A stretch of 64,000 nucleotides of DNA from Candidatus Nomurabacteria bacterium. GTDB taxonomy: Bacteria; Patescibacteriota; Minisyncoccia; Phycocordibacterales; UBA9973. The stretch covers positions 18,227-82,226 of the forward strand of contig CALQYS010000002.1 of assembly GCA_943348755.1 (NCBI GenBank), read 5' to 3'. The number at the start of each line of letters is the position of its first letter. Position 1 is the first letter of the stretch. Positions 46,801-56,290 of this stretch are shown here, in pieces. The notes under the pieces were generated by a model. That model had not been told where the DNA came from. It saw nothing but the letters and a program-made list of their open reading frames with translations, and did no database searches. The position numbers were made by a program, and so were the translations under genes.

Positions 46801-47313
46801 ATGGATAAGATAAAAATAAAAAACAAAAAAGAAAGTGGCTATACCGTATTGGAACTCATTTTTTATATTTCTTTTTTTGTTACCCTATCTGTTGTAGTAA
46901 TTAATGCGATGATAATAATGACTAGAGCATTCAGAGAGACTACATTACAAGCAGAACTTCTACAAAGTGGTTCAATTATGGAACGAATGTCGAGAGAGGT
47001 TAAACAGGCTTATGGGATAAGTTCAATCAGCGCAACTGATTTAAAACTTAACACTAAAGATAGTAATGGAGCAGATAAAACAGTCGAGTTTTTGCTTTCT
47101 GGTACAGATATTCGTCTTTTGGAAAACAGCACTTTAATAGGAAATTTGAATACACCGAATATCGTTGTTACAGCTTTATCTTTTACTCAAGTAACCGGGA
47201 CGGTAAGCAAAGCAGTAAAAATTATTCTTTCTGTCCGCTCAAATAATGATAGCCTAAGTCGTACCATTGATTTTTACGATACAATAGTTTTACGAGGCAG
47301 CTATAAAAATTAA
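46801..47313 (+). CDS. Minor pilin-like protein
   Basis: N-terminus MDKIKIKNKKESG|YTVLELIFYISFFVTL (prepilin-like G-Y-T-V-L-E). Confidence 0.55.
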   Translation: MDKIKIKNKKESGYTVLELIFYISFFVTLSVVVINAMIIMTRAFRETTLQAELLQSGSIMERMSREVKQAYGISSISATDLKLNTKDSNGADKTVEFLLSGTDIRLLENSTLIGNLNTPNIVVTALSFTQVTGTVSKAVKIILSVRSNNDSLSRTIDFYDTIVLRGSYKN

Positions 47314-47316
47314 ATT

Positions 47317-49647
47317 ATGAAGATACTAAGTACAACATTGAAATCAAAAAAAATAAAAACAAACAATCAATCTGGGGCAGCAATGCTTACGTCTGTTATA
47401 TTTTTTCTTTTTATAACTCTTGCCATAATTTCCGGGCTTGTAGGGCCGACAGTAAGTGAGTTTAAAAGCGCTAGTTTCAATTTAAATTCTAAAAAGGCTT
47501 ATTTCCTAGCTGAGTCTGGGGGGGAAGATGCATTTTATAGGATAAAAAATAATATGACTATTTCGGACAACGAGAATCTTATTCTAGATTCTAATTCTGC
47601 AACAACTACAATTCTCGACGATGGGTTTGGTTCTAAAAGTCTTGTTTCGCTTGGAGATGTAAGTAGTTTACAAAGAAAGACAAGTATTACAATTCAAGCT
47701 GGAGCAGGATCCTCTTTTAACTATGGAGTGCAGGTGGGTGATGGAGGATTAATTCTAGAAAATAGTTCATCCGTATCGGGGAATGTTTACTCAAATGGTC
47801 CGGTTTCTGGTTCTGCCGGAGTTAATACCGGTAACGTAACTGCTCCATCTTTAGTGGGAAGTGTGACTGTGTCAAGAAATGTCTCACCCAACACAGCCAT
47901 TGATATTGCTATAAATGCTTCGGGTAAATATTTGTATGCTCTTAATGAGGGTTATTTTGAGATTATCGATATTAATAATCCAGCAAATCCTCAGAATATA
48001 AAATTAGTTAATTCTCAGTATTATTCAAATCCATATCACAATACTATCCGAGTATCTGGTAATTACCTATATATTACAAGTAGTAACGCCAATTATCTTG
48101 ATATATATGATATTACTGATCCGCTTAATCCTGTTTTAAAGCCCCATGTGCAAGTTGGGAGTGGATCTAGGGGGTTTTGTGTGGCAAATGGTTTTGCTTA
48201 TGTGCCAAACTACAACGACAGTACTTTGAGTGTGGTGAATGTAGCGAATCCTAATAATGCCAGTGTCGTAAGTACGCTCACGATTGGTGCTCGTCCAACC
48301 AGCTGTTTAGTAAAAGGGAATTATCTCTACGTTGTCTTAGAAGGGCCCGGTAATTATGGTTCTATCCAAGCTTTTAGTATAACAACGCCCTCAGCCCCGG
48401 TTTTTGTGGGGTCCACACCGGCAGGCACCCTTTCTACTTACACTTTTCCTCTTTATGGTGCTGGGCAATACCTATATTCTTTATCCTATTCACTTGGTGG
48501 TATGCAGGTTGAGAGTGTTACAAACCCAGCAAGTCCACAAGTGGTCTGGAGTACAGCTCCAAATTCTATTTATGAACCGGCTGCAATTACGGGCGCAGCT
48601 GGTTATCTTTATGTGGCAGTTTATAGCCCACATAATTCTAACCGTGCTATGGAAATCTGGAGCATCACTAATCCCAGCACCCCCTCCAAGGTAAACTCGA
48701 TATCTGTGTCGGCCTCTTTTGGTAACCCAAAAGCTATTGCGGTTTCTAATGGTTATGTCTTTCTTCTTAATTCAGTTAATAATGGTATCAGTAAGGTGGC
48801 TGTATATGGTATCGGTGGCGGTTCTGGTGGTAACTTGATCGCTGGGGATGTCGTCTCTGCAGGGGGGACAGGAAGTATGAGTAAAATCCATGCTACGGGT
48901 TCAGCTTATTCCCACACCATTACCGATTCTATAATTGACAAAAATGCCTATTATCAGACGATGTCTACTACTACTGTAGCCGGTACGACTTACCCAGGTA
49001 GTGTTGACCAATCCACTTCGACCATGCCCATCCCAGATAGTACGATTAGTCAGTGGGAAACAGATGCTGCTAATGCCAGTGTGATAAATTCTCCTTGCCC
49101 GTATACCATATCGGGCTCTTCGTCTGTCACTCTTGGACCAGTAAAAATTAATTGCGATCTTCAACTAAGCAATAGTGCTTCGTTGACTCTCTCGGGCAAT
49201 ATATGGGTAAACGGTAATGTAACACTTAGTAATAGTGGGACTATCCAAGTTGGATCTGGTATTTCAGGCAAGACAGTTGGAATTATTGCAGATAGTCCTA
49301 CGAACCACACCACCAACAGTAAAATTACTGTTTCCAACAGTACTAATTTTGCTGGTTCTGGTACAAACTCCTATGTTATGCTTGTTTCTCAAAATAATAG
49401 CGCAGAGACAGGGGGGAGTCAGATCGCTATTGATGCTCAAAATAGCATGACTGGTAAGGTACTCCTTTATGCTCCGCATGGCCAAGTTCATTTATCCAAT
49501 AGTTCTAGTATTAAAGAAGTTACTGGTTGGAAATTAATACTTTCAAACAGCGCTCAGGTGATTTATGAGACGGGTCTAGCCCATCTTTTATTTACTTCCG
49601 GACCAGCAGGCGGGTATGTTTTTGATAAATGGGGGGAAGCACAATAG
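47317..49647 (+). CDS. Large LVIVD-repeat beta-propeller protein with pilin-like N-terminal hydrophobic segment (putative pilus-tip adhesin)
   Basis: N-terminal TM/pilin-like helix. Multiple LVIVD-type repeats between roughly nt 47887 and 48730 (GKYLYALNEGYFEIIDINNPANP; GNYLYITSSNANYLDIYDITDPLNP; NGFAYVPNYNDSTLSVVNVANPNNA ...). C-terminal Ser/Thr/Gly/Asn-rich beta-helix-like region. Confidence 0.65.
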   Translation: MKILSTTLKSKKIKTNNQSGAAMLTSVIFFLFITLAIISGLVGPTVSEFKSASFNLNSKKAYFLAESGGEDAFYRIKNNMTISDNENLILDSNSATTTILDDGFGSKSLVSLGDVSSLQRKTSITIQAGAGSSFNYGVQVGDGGLILENSSSVSGNVYSNGPVSGSAGVNTGNVTAPSLVGSVTVSRNVSPNTAIDIAINASGKYLYALNEGYFEIIDINNPANPQNIKLVNSQYYSNPYHNTIRVSGNYLYITSSNANYLDIYDITDPLNPVLKPHVQVGSGSRGFCVANGFAYVPNYNDSTLSVVNVANPNNASVVSTLTIGARPTSCLVKGNYLYVVLEGPGNYGSIQAFSITTPSAPVFVGSTPAGTLSTYTFPLYGAGQYLYSLSYSLGGMQVESVTNPASPQVVWSTAPNSIYEPAAITGAAGYLYVAVYSPHNSNRAMEIWSITNPSTPSKVNSISVSASFGNPKAIAVSNGYVFLLNSVNNGISKVAVYGIGGGSGGNLIAGDVVSAGGTGSMSKIHATGSAYSHTITDSIIDKNAYYQTMSTTTVAGTTYPGSVDQSTSTMPIPDSTISQWETDAANASVINSPCPYTISGSSSVTLGPVKINCDLQLSNSASLTLSGNIWVNGNVTLSNSGTIQVGSGISGKTVGIIADSPTNHTTNSKITVSNSTNFAGSGTNSYVMLVSQNNSAETGGSQIAIDAQNSMTGKVLLYAPHGQVHLSNSSSIKEVTGWKLILSNSAQVIYETGLAHLLFTSGPAGGYVFDKWGEAQ

Positions 49648-49697
49648 GGGATTTGTGAATTTTGGTTTTTGCTCTTTTAGAGTGCTATAATGCATTG

Positions 49698-50468
49698 ATG
49701 TTGAAAGTGAAGAAAATTATTGTGGGCAATTGGAAAATGAATCCGCTTACCCTAAAGGAGGCGGAGAAACTTTTTTTGGATGTGGCTAAAAATGTATCTT
49801 CTCTGAAAAAAACCGAAATTGTTATTTGTCCTCCATTCCCATATTTAGAAAAACTGAGGAAAATTTCTAAAAAAATAGTTCTAGGCGCTCAGGATGTCTT
49901 CTGGGAAGAGAAGGGTGCATTTACGGGCGGAGTGTCGGCCAAAATGCTCTATAATATAGGTGCTAGGTATGTAATATTGGGGCATTCAGAAAGGAGAGCC
50001 ATGGGAGAAAGTAATTTCGACATAAATAAAAAAATAAAGGCCTCACTGGAAGCTGATTTGATTCCAATACTTTGTGTCGGGGAAAACTTCCGGGATGAAA
50101 CCCATGCCTATTTTAATTCGGTAAAAACAGAATTAGAAGAATGTTTAGACGGAGTAAAAAAAGATTTTATTTCAAAAATTATAATTGCCTACGAGCCGGT
50201 CTGGGCAATTTCTAGTACTCTTAATCATCACAGTGCCACTTCCGATGATTGCCAAGAGATGAATATATTTATTCGCAAAGTTCTTGCCGACAAATTTGGA
50301 GTAAAAATAAAAATGCCCCGTATCTTATATGGTGGGTCGGTGGATGATAAAGATGCGGGGGATTTTATTAAAAATGGCGGAATTGACGGGGTCTTGGTGG
50401 GCCATGCAAGTTTAGATGCATTAAAATTTTCTAAAATTGTAAAAATATGCGAGGCATTGAACAAATAG
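49698..50468 (+). CDS. tpiA: Triosephosphate isomerase
   Basis: IVGNWKMN, GHSERR, AYEPVWAI, GGSV motifs. Start at internal ATG (MLKVKKIIVGNWKMN). Confidence 0.85.
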   Translation: MLKVKKIIVGNWKMNPLTLKEAEKLFLDVAKNVSSLKKTEIVICPPFPYLEKLRKISKKIVLGAQDVFWEEKGAFTGGVSAKMLYNIGARYVILGHSERRAMGESNFDINKKIKASLEADLIPILCVGENFRDETHAYFNSVKTELEECLDGVKKDFISKIIIAYEPVWAISSTLNHHSATSDDCQEMNIFIRKVLADKFGVKIKMPRILYGGSVDDKDAGDFIKNGGIDGVLVGHASLDALKFSKIVKICEALNK

Positions 50469-51511
50469 AAGATCTAAAAGGTAAGACTGTTATTGTGCGG
50501 GTGGATTTCAATGTCCCCATAAAGAATGGCGCAGTTTCCGATGATTTTCGGATTAGAGCTGCGTTGCCTACGATTAATTTCTTACTTGAAAAAGGCGCCA
50601 AGTTGCTTTTAGTTACACATCTTGGCAAAGATGGGAGAGATCGTCTCGATCCTGTCATTAAATGTTTTTTTGCAATTTCTAAAATTGCTGAAAATAGGGT
50701 TACTTTTTTTGAAAATATCAGGAAATTCCCAGGTGAAATAAATAATGACCCAACTTTTGCCAAAGAGCTTTCCACGAAAGGGGATATATATGTTAATGAT
50801 GCTTTCTCTGTTTCACATAGAGAGCACGCTTCTGTTGTTTTGTTGCCGAAACTTCTACCATCTTATGCCGGTTTCCAATTGACTAAAGAGGTAGAGAATT
50901 TATCTCGTGCTTTTAAAAGCCCTGAGCACCCATTTTTGTTTATTTTAGGAGGTGCTAAATTTTCTACCAAAATGCCCCTGATTGAGAAATACTTGAAATT
51001 GGCTGATCATGTTTTTGTAGGAGGAGCGCTGGCGAATGATTTTTTGAAAGCAAAAGGTTGTGAAGTGGGTAAGTCTTTAGTCGATGCCACTAACTATGGT
51101 ATTGAAACAATATTGGAAAACAAAAAACTGATTTTACCAGTCGATGTTTTGGTTCAGTCAGAAGGGTTATTGATAAATAAAAAAGTAGAAGAAGTGGGCA
51201 AAGATGACGTTATTTTGGATATAGGCAATCGATCAGTGGAAAATCTGGCTTTGCTCATAGGAAAGTCCAAACTTGTTCTCTGGAACGGTCCGCTTGGAAA
51301 ATATGAAGATGGTGGAGATAAATCTACCCAAAAAGTGCTCGAATTAGTTGCAAAGTCCAAAGCTGAAAGCATTATCGGCGGAGGGGACACTGTTTCCCTT
51401 ATTTCCGAGATGAAAATGGAAGAAAGGTTTTCTTTTGTGTCGACGGGCGGAGGAGCAACTTTGGATTTCCTTGCTAACGGGACGCTGCCTGGCATCAAAG
51501 CGCTTGAATGA
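50447..51511 (+). CDS. pgk: Phosphoglycerate kinase
   Basis: VDFNVP N-terminal motif, hinge, C-terminal GGGDT...STGGGA nucleotide-binding motifs. Confidence 0.85.
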   Translation: MRGIEQIEDLKGKTVIVRVDFNVPIKNGAVSDDFRIRAALPTINFLLEKGAKLLLVTHLGKDGRDRLDPVIKCFFAISKIAENRVTFFENIRKFPGEINNDPTFAKELSTKGDIYVNDAFSVSHREHASVVLLPKLLPSYAGFQLTKEVENLSRAFKSPEHPFLFILGGAKFSTKMPLIEKYLKLADHVFVGGALANDFLKAKGCEVGKSLVDATNYGIETILENKKLILPVDVLVQSEGLLINKKVEEVGKDDVILDIGNRSVENLALLIGKSKLVLWNGPLGKYEDGGDKSTQKVLELVAKSKAESIIGGGDTVSLISEMKMEERFSFVSTGGGATLDFLANGTLPGIKALE

Positions 51512-51905
51512 TTTTTTGCACTACCAATTCTTTTTCTCCTTCTTTATAAGGTCTCTTGCTATGCCATGGACCAAAGCCGTCATTGGCGATCCTCGGAATC
51601 ACATGTATATGTGAATGGAAAACCACTTGTCCTGCGGCCGGGTCGTTATTCATATTCACGTTTATCCCGTCTGCTTGTAGTCCGTTTTTGATGGCATGGG
51701 AAATTTTTTTCACCGCTTTCATCATTTCTATCAATATATCTTCAGGAGTCTCATATATATTTACGTAATGCTTTTTGGGTACAACCAAAGAGTGTCCTAT
51801 ATTTACCGGAGAAATATCCAGGAATGCTAGGACATTTTTATCTTCGTAAACTTTATTACAAGGTATTTCACCTTTTACTATTTTGCAGAATATACAGTCG
51901 TTCAT
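51495..51905 (-). CDS. HIT-family nucleotide hydrolase
   Basis: MNDCIFCKI... N-terminus and histidine triad HSHIHVIPR. Start at internal ATG. Confidence 0.75.
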   Translation of the reverse strand: MNDCIFCKIVKGEIPCNKVYEDKNVLAFLDISPVNIGHSLVVPKKHYVNIYETPEDILIEMMKAVKKISHAIKNGLQADGINVNMNNDPAAGQVVFHSHIHVIPRIANDGFGPWHSKRPYKEGEKELVVQKIIQAL

Positions 51906-52028
51906 AGAAAGTTTAGCAAAATCAAAGCTTTTCAAGGTCCTCGGTTCTCCGGGGCCCCTCACCCCGGCCAGACCATTTAAAAACTTTATTTTGCAGAACT
52001 TTCTTTATTATATGCTAAAATTCTAGTT

Positions 52029-53681
52029 ATGCAAAAGTATGGCGAATTATTGCGGACTCTTCTCGAAAAGAGGGGAATTGTGGATGAAACACAGGCAGAA
52101 ATCTTTTTAAATCCAAGCTATAAAAGAGATTTACACGATCCCTTTTTAATGCGGGATATGGAAAAAGCCTGCGTGCGATTATATGAAGCCATAGAAAACA
52201 ACGAAAAAATAGTAGTCTATGCCGACTATGATTGTGATGGAATACCCGGGGCGGTGGTTCTGAGTGATCTCTTAAAATTAATAAATTACAAGAATTACGA
52301 AGTTTATATTCCACAGCGAAATTCTGAAGGCTATGGGCTTAATCTGGATGCTATTAAAAAATTTGCCAATTCGAGCGTCAAACTTATTATCACCATTGAC
52401 CTAGGCATCACGGCGGTGGCGGAGGTCGCTCAGGCGAAGGTTGATGGTATTGATGTAATAATTACTGACCATCATATACCTCCAGAAGCTTTACCTAGAG
52501 CTTATGCCATTTTGAATCCAAAAACAGATAATTACCCCGAAAGAATGCTCTGTGGCGCGGGAGTTGTTTTTAAATTAGTCCAAGGGTTTCTGAAGAAGTA
52601 CGGACAGTATTTTAAAGTTCCAGAGGGTGCGGAAAAATGGATGCTGGATATGGCGGGTTTGGCGACTCTCTCTGACATGGTTCCGCTCACAGGGGAGAAT
52701 CGAGCGATAGCATATTTCGGTATGAAAGTTTTTAAGAAATCTCCTCGCCCTGGTTTGCAAAAATTACTCGCCAAGATGAATATAGATCAGAGATACATTT
52801 CTGAAGACGACATAGGCTTTATGGTCACCCCCAGACTAAACGCTGCATCACGCATGGATGACCCGATGAGAGCTTTTGAGCTTCTTTCTACCGAAGATGT
52901 GGTGGAGGGTGGAAGGCTGGCAGACCATTTATCTAAAATTAATGATGAAAGGAAGAGTATAGTCACGGGCATCATGCGTGATGTGCATAAAAATTTTGAA
53001 AAACGTCAGATAGGTGAAGTAATCGTGGTGGGGAATTCTGGTTGGCGAGTGGGGGTACTGGGGTTAGTGGCTGGGAAAATATCTGATCAATACAAAAAGC
53101 CAGTTTTTGTCTGGGGCAAGGATGAAAATGATTGCATTAAAGGGTCTTGTCGAAGCGATGGCTCGGTTTCTGTGGTGGAACTTATGACTGCGACCCGAGA
53201 ATCATTCATAGATTTCGGTGGGCACGAGCTGGCCGGAGGATTCACTGTACATGATGAGAAAATTCATTTCTTGGAAGAGGCACTTTCTGCGACTTTTAAT
53301 AAAATAAAAAGACCAAAAAAGGATAATGTAATGAATCACGATGTGAAATCAGTTTTAGATGTAGTAAGTATGAAGAATTGGCAGGAAATAGAGAAGATGA
53401 GTCCTTTTGGATTCAGTAATCCAAAACCAGTTTTTCTTTTCGAGGGTGCAAAGGTGGAAAAAATTAAAAAATTCGGCAAAAATGGCTCTGGAGAACATTT
53501 AGAAATAGTTTTTTCTGACTCAAGTAGAGCGCAACCAAAGGCTGTGTCCTTTTTTTCGAGTGTGGATTCATTTAAACAGCCTCTTTCAGAAGGACTTCCT
53601 GTAAACTTGCTTGCCACTTTTGATTTATCACGTTTCCGAGGTAAAGAAGAGCTCCGACTTCGAGTGGAAGATATTTTTTGA
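52029..53681 (+). CDS. recJ: Single-stranded-DNA-specific exonuclease RecJ
   Basis: DHH motifs (VYADYDCDG; ITIDLG; VIITDHH) and DHHA1 (GGHELAGG). Confidence 0.8.
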   Translation: MQKYGELLRTLLEKRGIVDETQAEIFLNPSYKRDLHDPFLMRDMEKACVRLYEAIENNEKIVVYADYDCDGIPGAVVLSDLLKLINYKNYEVYIPQRNSEGYGLNLDAIKKFANSSVKLIITIDLGITAVAEVAQAKVDGIDVIITDHHIPPEALPRAYAILNPKTDNYPERMLCGAGVVFKLVQGFLKKYGQYFKVPEGAEKWMLDMAGLATLSDMVPLTGENRAIAYFGMKVFKKSPRPGLQKLLAKMNIDQRYISEDDIGFMVTPRLNAASRMDDPMRAFELLSTEDVVEGGRLADHLSKINDERKSIVTGIMRDVHKNFEKRQIGEVIVVGNSGWRVGVLGLVAGKISDQYKKPVFVWGKDENDCIKGSCRSDGSVSVVELMTATRESFIDFGGHELAGGFTVHDEKIHFLEEALSATFNKIKRPKKDNVMNHDVKSVLDVVSMKNWQEIEKMSPFGFSNPKPVFLFEGAKVEKIKKFGKNGSGEHLEIVFSDSSRAQPKAVSFFSSVDSFKQPLSEGLPVNLLATFDLSRFRGKEELRLRVEDIF

Positions 53682-53694
53682 TACTAATGATAGA

Positions 53695-54171
53695 ATGAAA
53701 CCCATGTCAGATAAAAAAGTCGTTATTTATACAGACGGTGCAGCGAAGGGGAATCCGGGTAAGGCTGGCTGGGGGGCGGTTTTTTTAATAGGGGATCAGG
53801 TGAAAGAGATTGGTGGAGGTTTGGAACATGCTACAAACAATCAGATGGAGCTGACAGCGCCGATAGAGGCTCTAAAATACGTTAAAAAGAACAACCTTGG
53901 TTCTTCTATTGAATTTTTTTCTGATTCCAAATATGTGATATTGGGTATCACAGAATGGATATTTAATTGGCAGAAAAATAATTGGAGGAACGCCGCTAAA
54001 AAGCCTGTGGTGAATCGTGAGCTTTGGGAAGAACTTTATGCGCTGACCCAAGAATTGAAACCAAAGTGGACTTATGTCAAAGGACACAATGAAAACAAAT
54101 ACAACGACCGTGCAGACCTTATAGCTACCAGTTTCGCAGAAGGCGAGCCAGTGGAGTTAAAGAATAAATAA
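53695..54171 (+). CDS. rnhA: Ribonuclease HI
   Basis: VVIYTDGAAKGNPGKAGWGAV...NNQMEL...SDSKYV...GHNENKYNDRADLIA (DEDD catalytic motifs). Start at internal ATG. Confidence 0.8.
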   Translation: MKPMSDKKVVIYTDGAAKGNPGKAGWGAVFLIGDQVKEIGGGLEHATNNQMELTAPIEALKYVKKNNLGSSIEFFSDSKYVILGITEWIFNWQKNNWRNAAKKPVVNRELWEELYALTQELKPKWTYVKGHNENKYNDRADLIATSFAEGEPVELKNK

Positions 54172-54188
54172 TTTTGATATAATTTCTA

Positions 54189-55676
54189 ATGCAGGATAGA
54201 ATTTTCTATTCAATTTGTTTTGGTTTTATTTTCGGAGTATTTTTGCGGTCTTTTGTTTTCATAAATTTATATTTATCTCTACTTGTTTTACTGTTAGCCG
54301 TAGCTTTGCTCTTCTACTTTATTTTATTAAAGAACTTTAGTTTTATAAAGTATCGGTGGGATGTAATATCAGCAGCTTTTGTTTTAGCTTTTTGTCTCGG
54401 GGTTTTGAGGTTTCATATCGTGGATGTTCCAGCGCCGCAGGTTTTTGAATCGAAGGTAGATCAAAAGATCTCTTTGACTGGGGAAATTATTGATGAGCCG
54501 ACTTTGGGTGAAAATAATCAAAGATTAACAGTTCAGATTAAAGAGGGTGATGCTAAGACAAAAGTTTTAGTTTCGACTGCTTTTGGTGAGGATTATAGAT
54601 ATGGCGATGAGATAAATTTCACCGGAGAATTAGCAAAACCGGAGAATTTTATTACTGATCAGGGAAAAGAATTTGATTATGTAAATTATTTACGCAAGGA
54701 TGGGGTGCTGTATGTCATGGGTTATCCAGAGATTGAAATTGTTTCGAGAGGAAATGGAAATTTTGTAAAAAGCACCCTATTTTCTCTCAAAGAAAAGTTT
54801 CTGGAGAAAATAAATCTAGCAATTGAAGAACCAGAGGCACTTCTTATGGGTGGACTTATATTGGGAGAAAAATCGTCTTTTAATCAAGCGCTTCGAGATA
54901 GTTTCGTGAATACTGGCACAATACATATAGTTGCCCTTTCTGGATACAACGTGACAATTGTCGCCGAATGGTTTATGAAGTTATTTGCCTTTTTGCCTAT
55001 GAATCTGGGCATCGGGATGGGTATTTTCGCTATTCTGCTATTTATCTTAATGACTGGGGCAAGTTCTACCGCTATACGTGCAGGTATTATGGCCATATTG
55101 GTGCTCGTTGCTCGGGCGACAGGCAGAAACTATGACGTGGCCCGAGCGCTTGTGCTTGCAGGTGTGTTTATGATCATGCTGAATCCTTTTGTGCTTGTTT
55201 ACGATGTCTCCTTTCAGCTTTCATTCATCGCTACTATCGCCGTGATATTTTTCACTCCGCGAATTGAGAAATATTTCATGTGGGTGCCGGAGCGTTTTGG
55301 CTTTCGAGACATTATATCTGTCACTTCTGCTGCCTACATCTTTGTCCTTCCTTTCATTCTCTATAAAATGGGTAATTTATCGCTCGTTGCCTTACCAGCC
55401 AACATTCTTGTCTTGCCTTTTATTCCTTTTACGATGGTTCTCGGTTTCCTGACTGGTTTCGTCGGGCTTATTTCTTACATCCTCGCTGTGCCGTTTGGAT
55501 TTATTTCTTACCTCTTCCTGCACTACGAGCTCGCAGTGATAAACTTCTTTGCAAATCTACCCTTTGCAGTTTTTTCTTTTCCAGATTTCCCTTTAGTTCT
55601 GACAATTTTAATTTATACTTATTTTGTTTATAGACTTTTTGGGAGGAATATAAAGAGTTTTATTTTGCCTCAATAA
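54189..55676 (+). CDS. comEC: ComEC/Rec2 DNA internalisation channel, N-terminal part (DUF4131 OB-fold plus competence domain), without the MBL domain
   Basis: N-terminal TM helices, DUF4131-like OB region, then the ComEC_Rec2 polytopic competence domain (ALSGYNVTIVAEWF...). Ends without a metallo-beta-lactamase domain. Confidence 0.75.
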   Translation: MQDRIFYSICFGFIFGVFLRSFVFINLYLSLLVLLLAVALLFYFILLKNFSFIKYRWDVISAAFVLAFCLGVLRFHIVDVPAPQVFESKVDQKISLTGEIIDEPTLGENNQRLTVQIKEGDAKTKVLVSTAFGEDYRYGDEINFTGELAKPENFITDQGKEFDYVNYLRKDGVLYVMGYPEIEIVSRGNGNFVKSTLFSLKEKFLEKINLAIEEPEALLMGGLILGEKSSFNQALRDSFVNTGTIHIVALSGYNVTIVAEWFMKLFAFLPMNLGIGMGIFAILLFILMTGASSTAIRAGIMAILVLVARATGRNYDVARALVLAGVFMIMLNPFVLVYDVSFQLSFIATIAVIFFTPRIEKYFMWVPERFGFRDIISVTSAAYIFVLPFILYKMGNLSLVALPANILVLPFIPFTMVLGFLTGFVGLISYILAVPFGFISYLFLHYELAVINFFANLPFAVFSFPDFPLVLTILIYTYFVYRLFGRNIKSFILPQ

Positions 55677-56274
55677 AATTTTTCTCGATTACTTCCCAAT
55701 TTAGATTCTCAAAAAAGGCCTCCACATATTTTTTCTTTTCAGAAGTAGGGTAGTCATAGACGAAAGCATGTTCCCACATATCAATACCAAGGATCCACGG
55801 TACTCCGTTTAATTGGCCCAAATGTTGTTCATCTATCCATATGTGCACAAACTGTTCTGTTTTTTTATCATACCCTAAGACTGCCCAGCCGACTCCGCGT
55901 GTCATTGCCAGTAGTTTAAAACTAGACAACCATAAATCAAAAGAGGGCGCTTGCCCCGCCGTTTGCGGGGTGAATTTTTCTATAGCGGCTTTTAATTTTG
56001 AATCTTTTGATAAAGCTTTTGCTCCACTTTCTAAGGACTTAAAATAATATTCATGATTTCGAATTCCATTAAACTCAAAACTGAATCTTCTTTGTAATTC
56101 TCCCAAGACAAACATATTTTTCTCTGGATCTGCCATTAACTCTCCGATTTTATCAATAATCAAGTTAGAATTTTTTACATATCCCGCGTAAAGCTTCAGG
56201 TGTTCCTCGATGTTTTTCGCTGAGATTCCTTTTAAAGCCCCAATATTAAATTTTACTTCTTCAAATTTCTTCAT
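55660..56274 (-). CDS. sodA: Fe/Mn superoxide dismutase
   Basis: N-terminal and C-terminal SOD domains; GIDMWEHAFVYDY metal-binding motif. Confidence 0.85.
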   Translation of the reverse strand: MKKFEEVKFNIGALKGISAKNIEEHLKLYAGYVKNSNLIIDKIGELMADPEKNMFVLGELQRRFSFEFNGIRNHEYYFKSLESGAKALSKDSKLKAAIEKFTPQTAGQAPSFDLWLSSFKLLAMTRGVGWAVLGYDKKTEQFVHIWIDEQHLGQLNGVPWILGIDMWEHAFVYDYPTSEKKKYVEAFFENLNWEVIEKNFIEAK

Positions 56275-56290
56275 ATGTTAGTATTGTACC

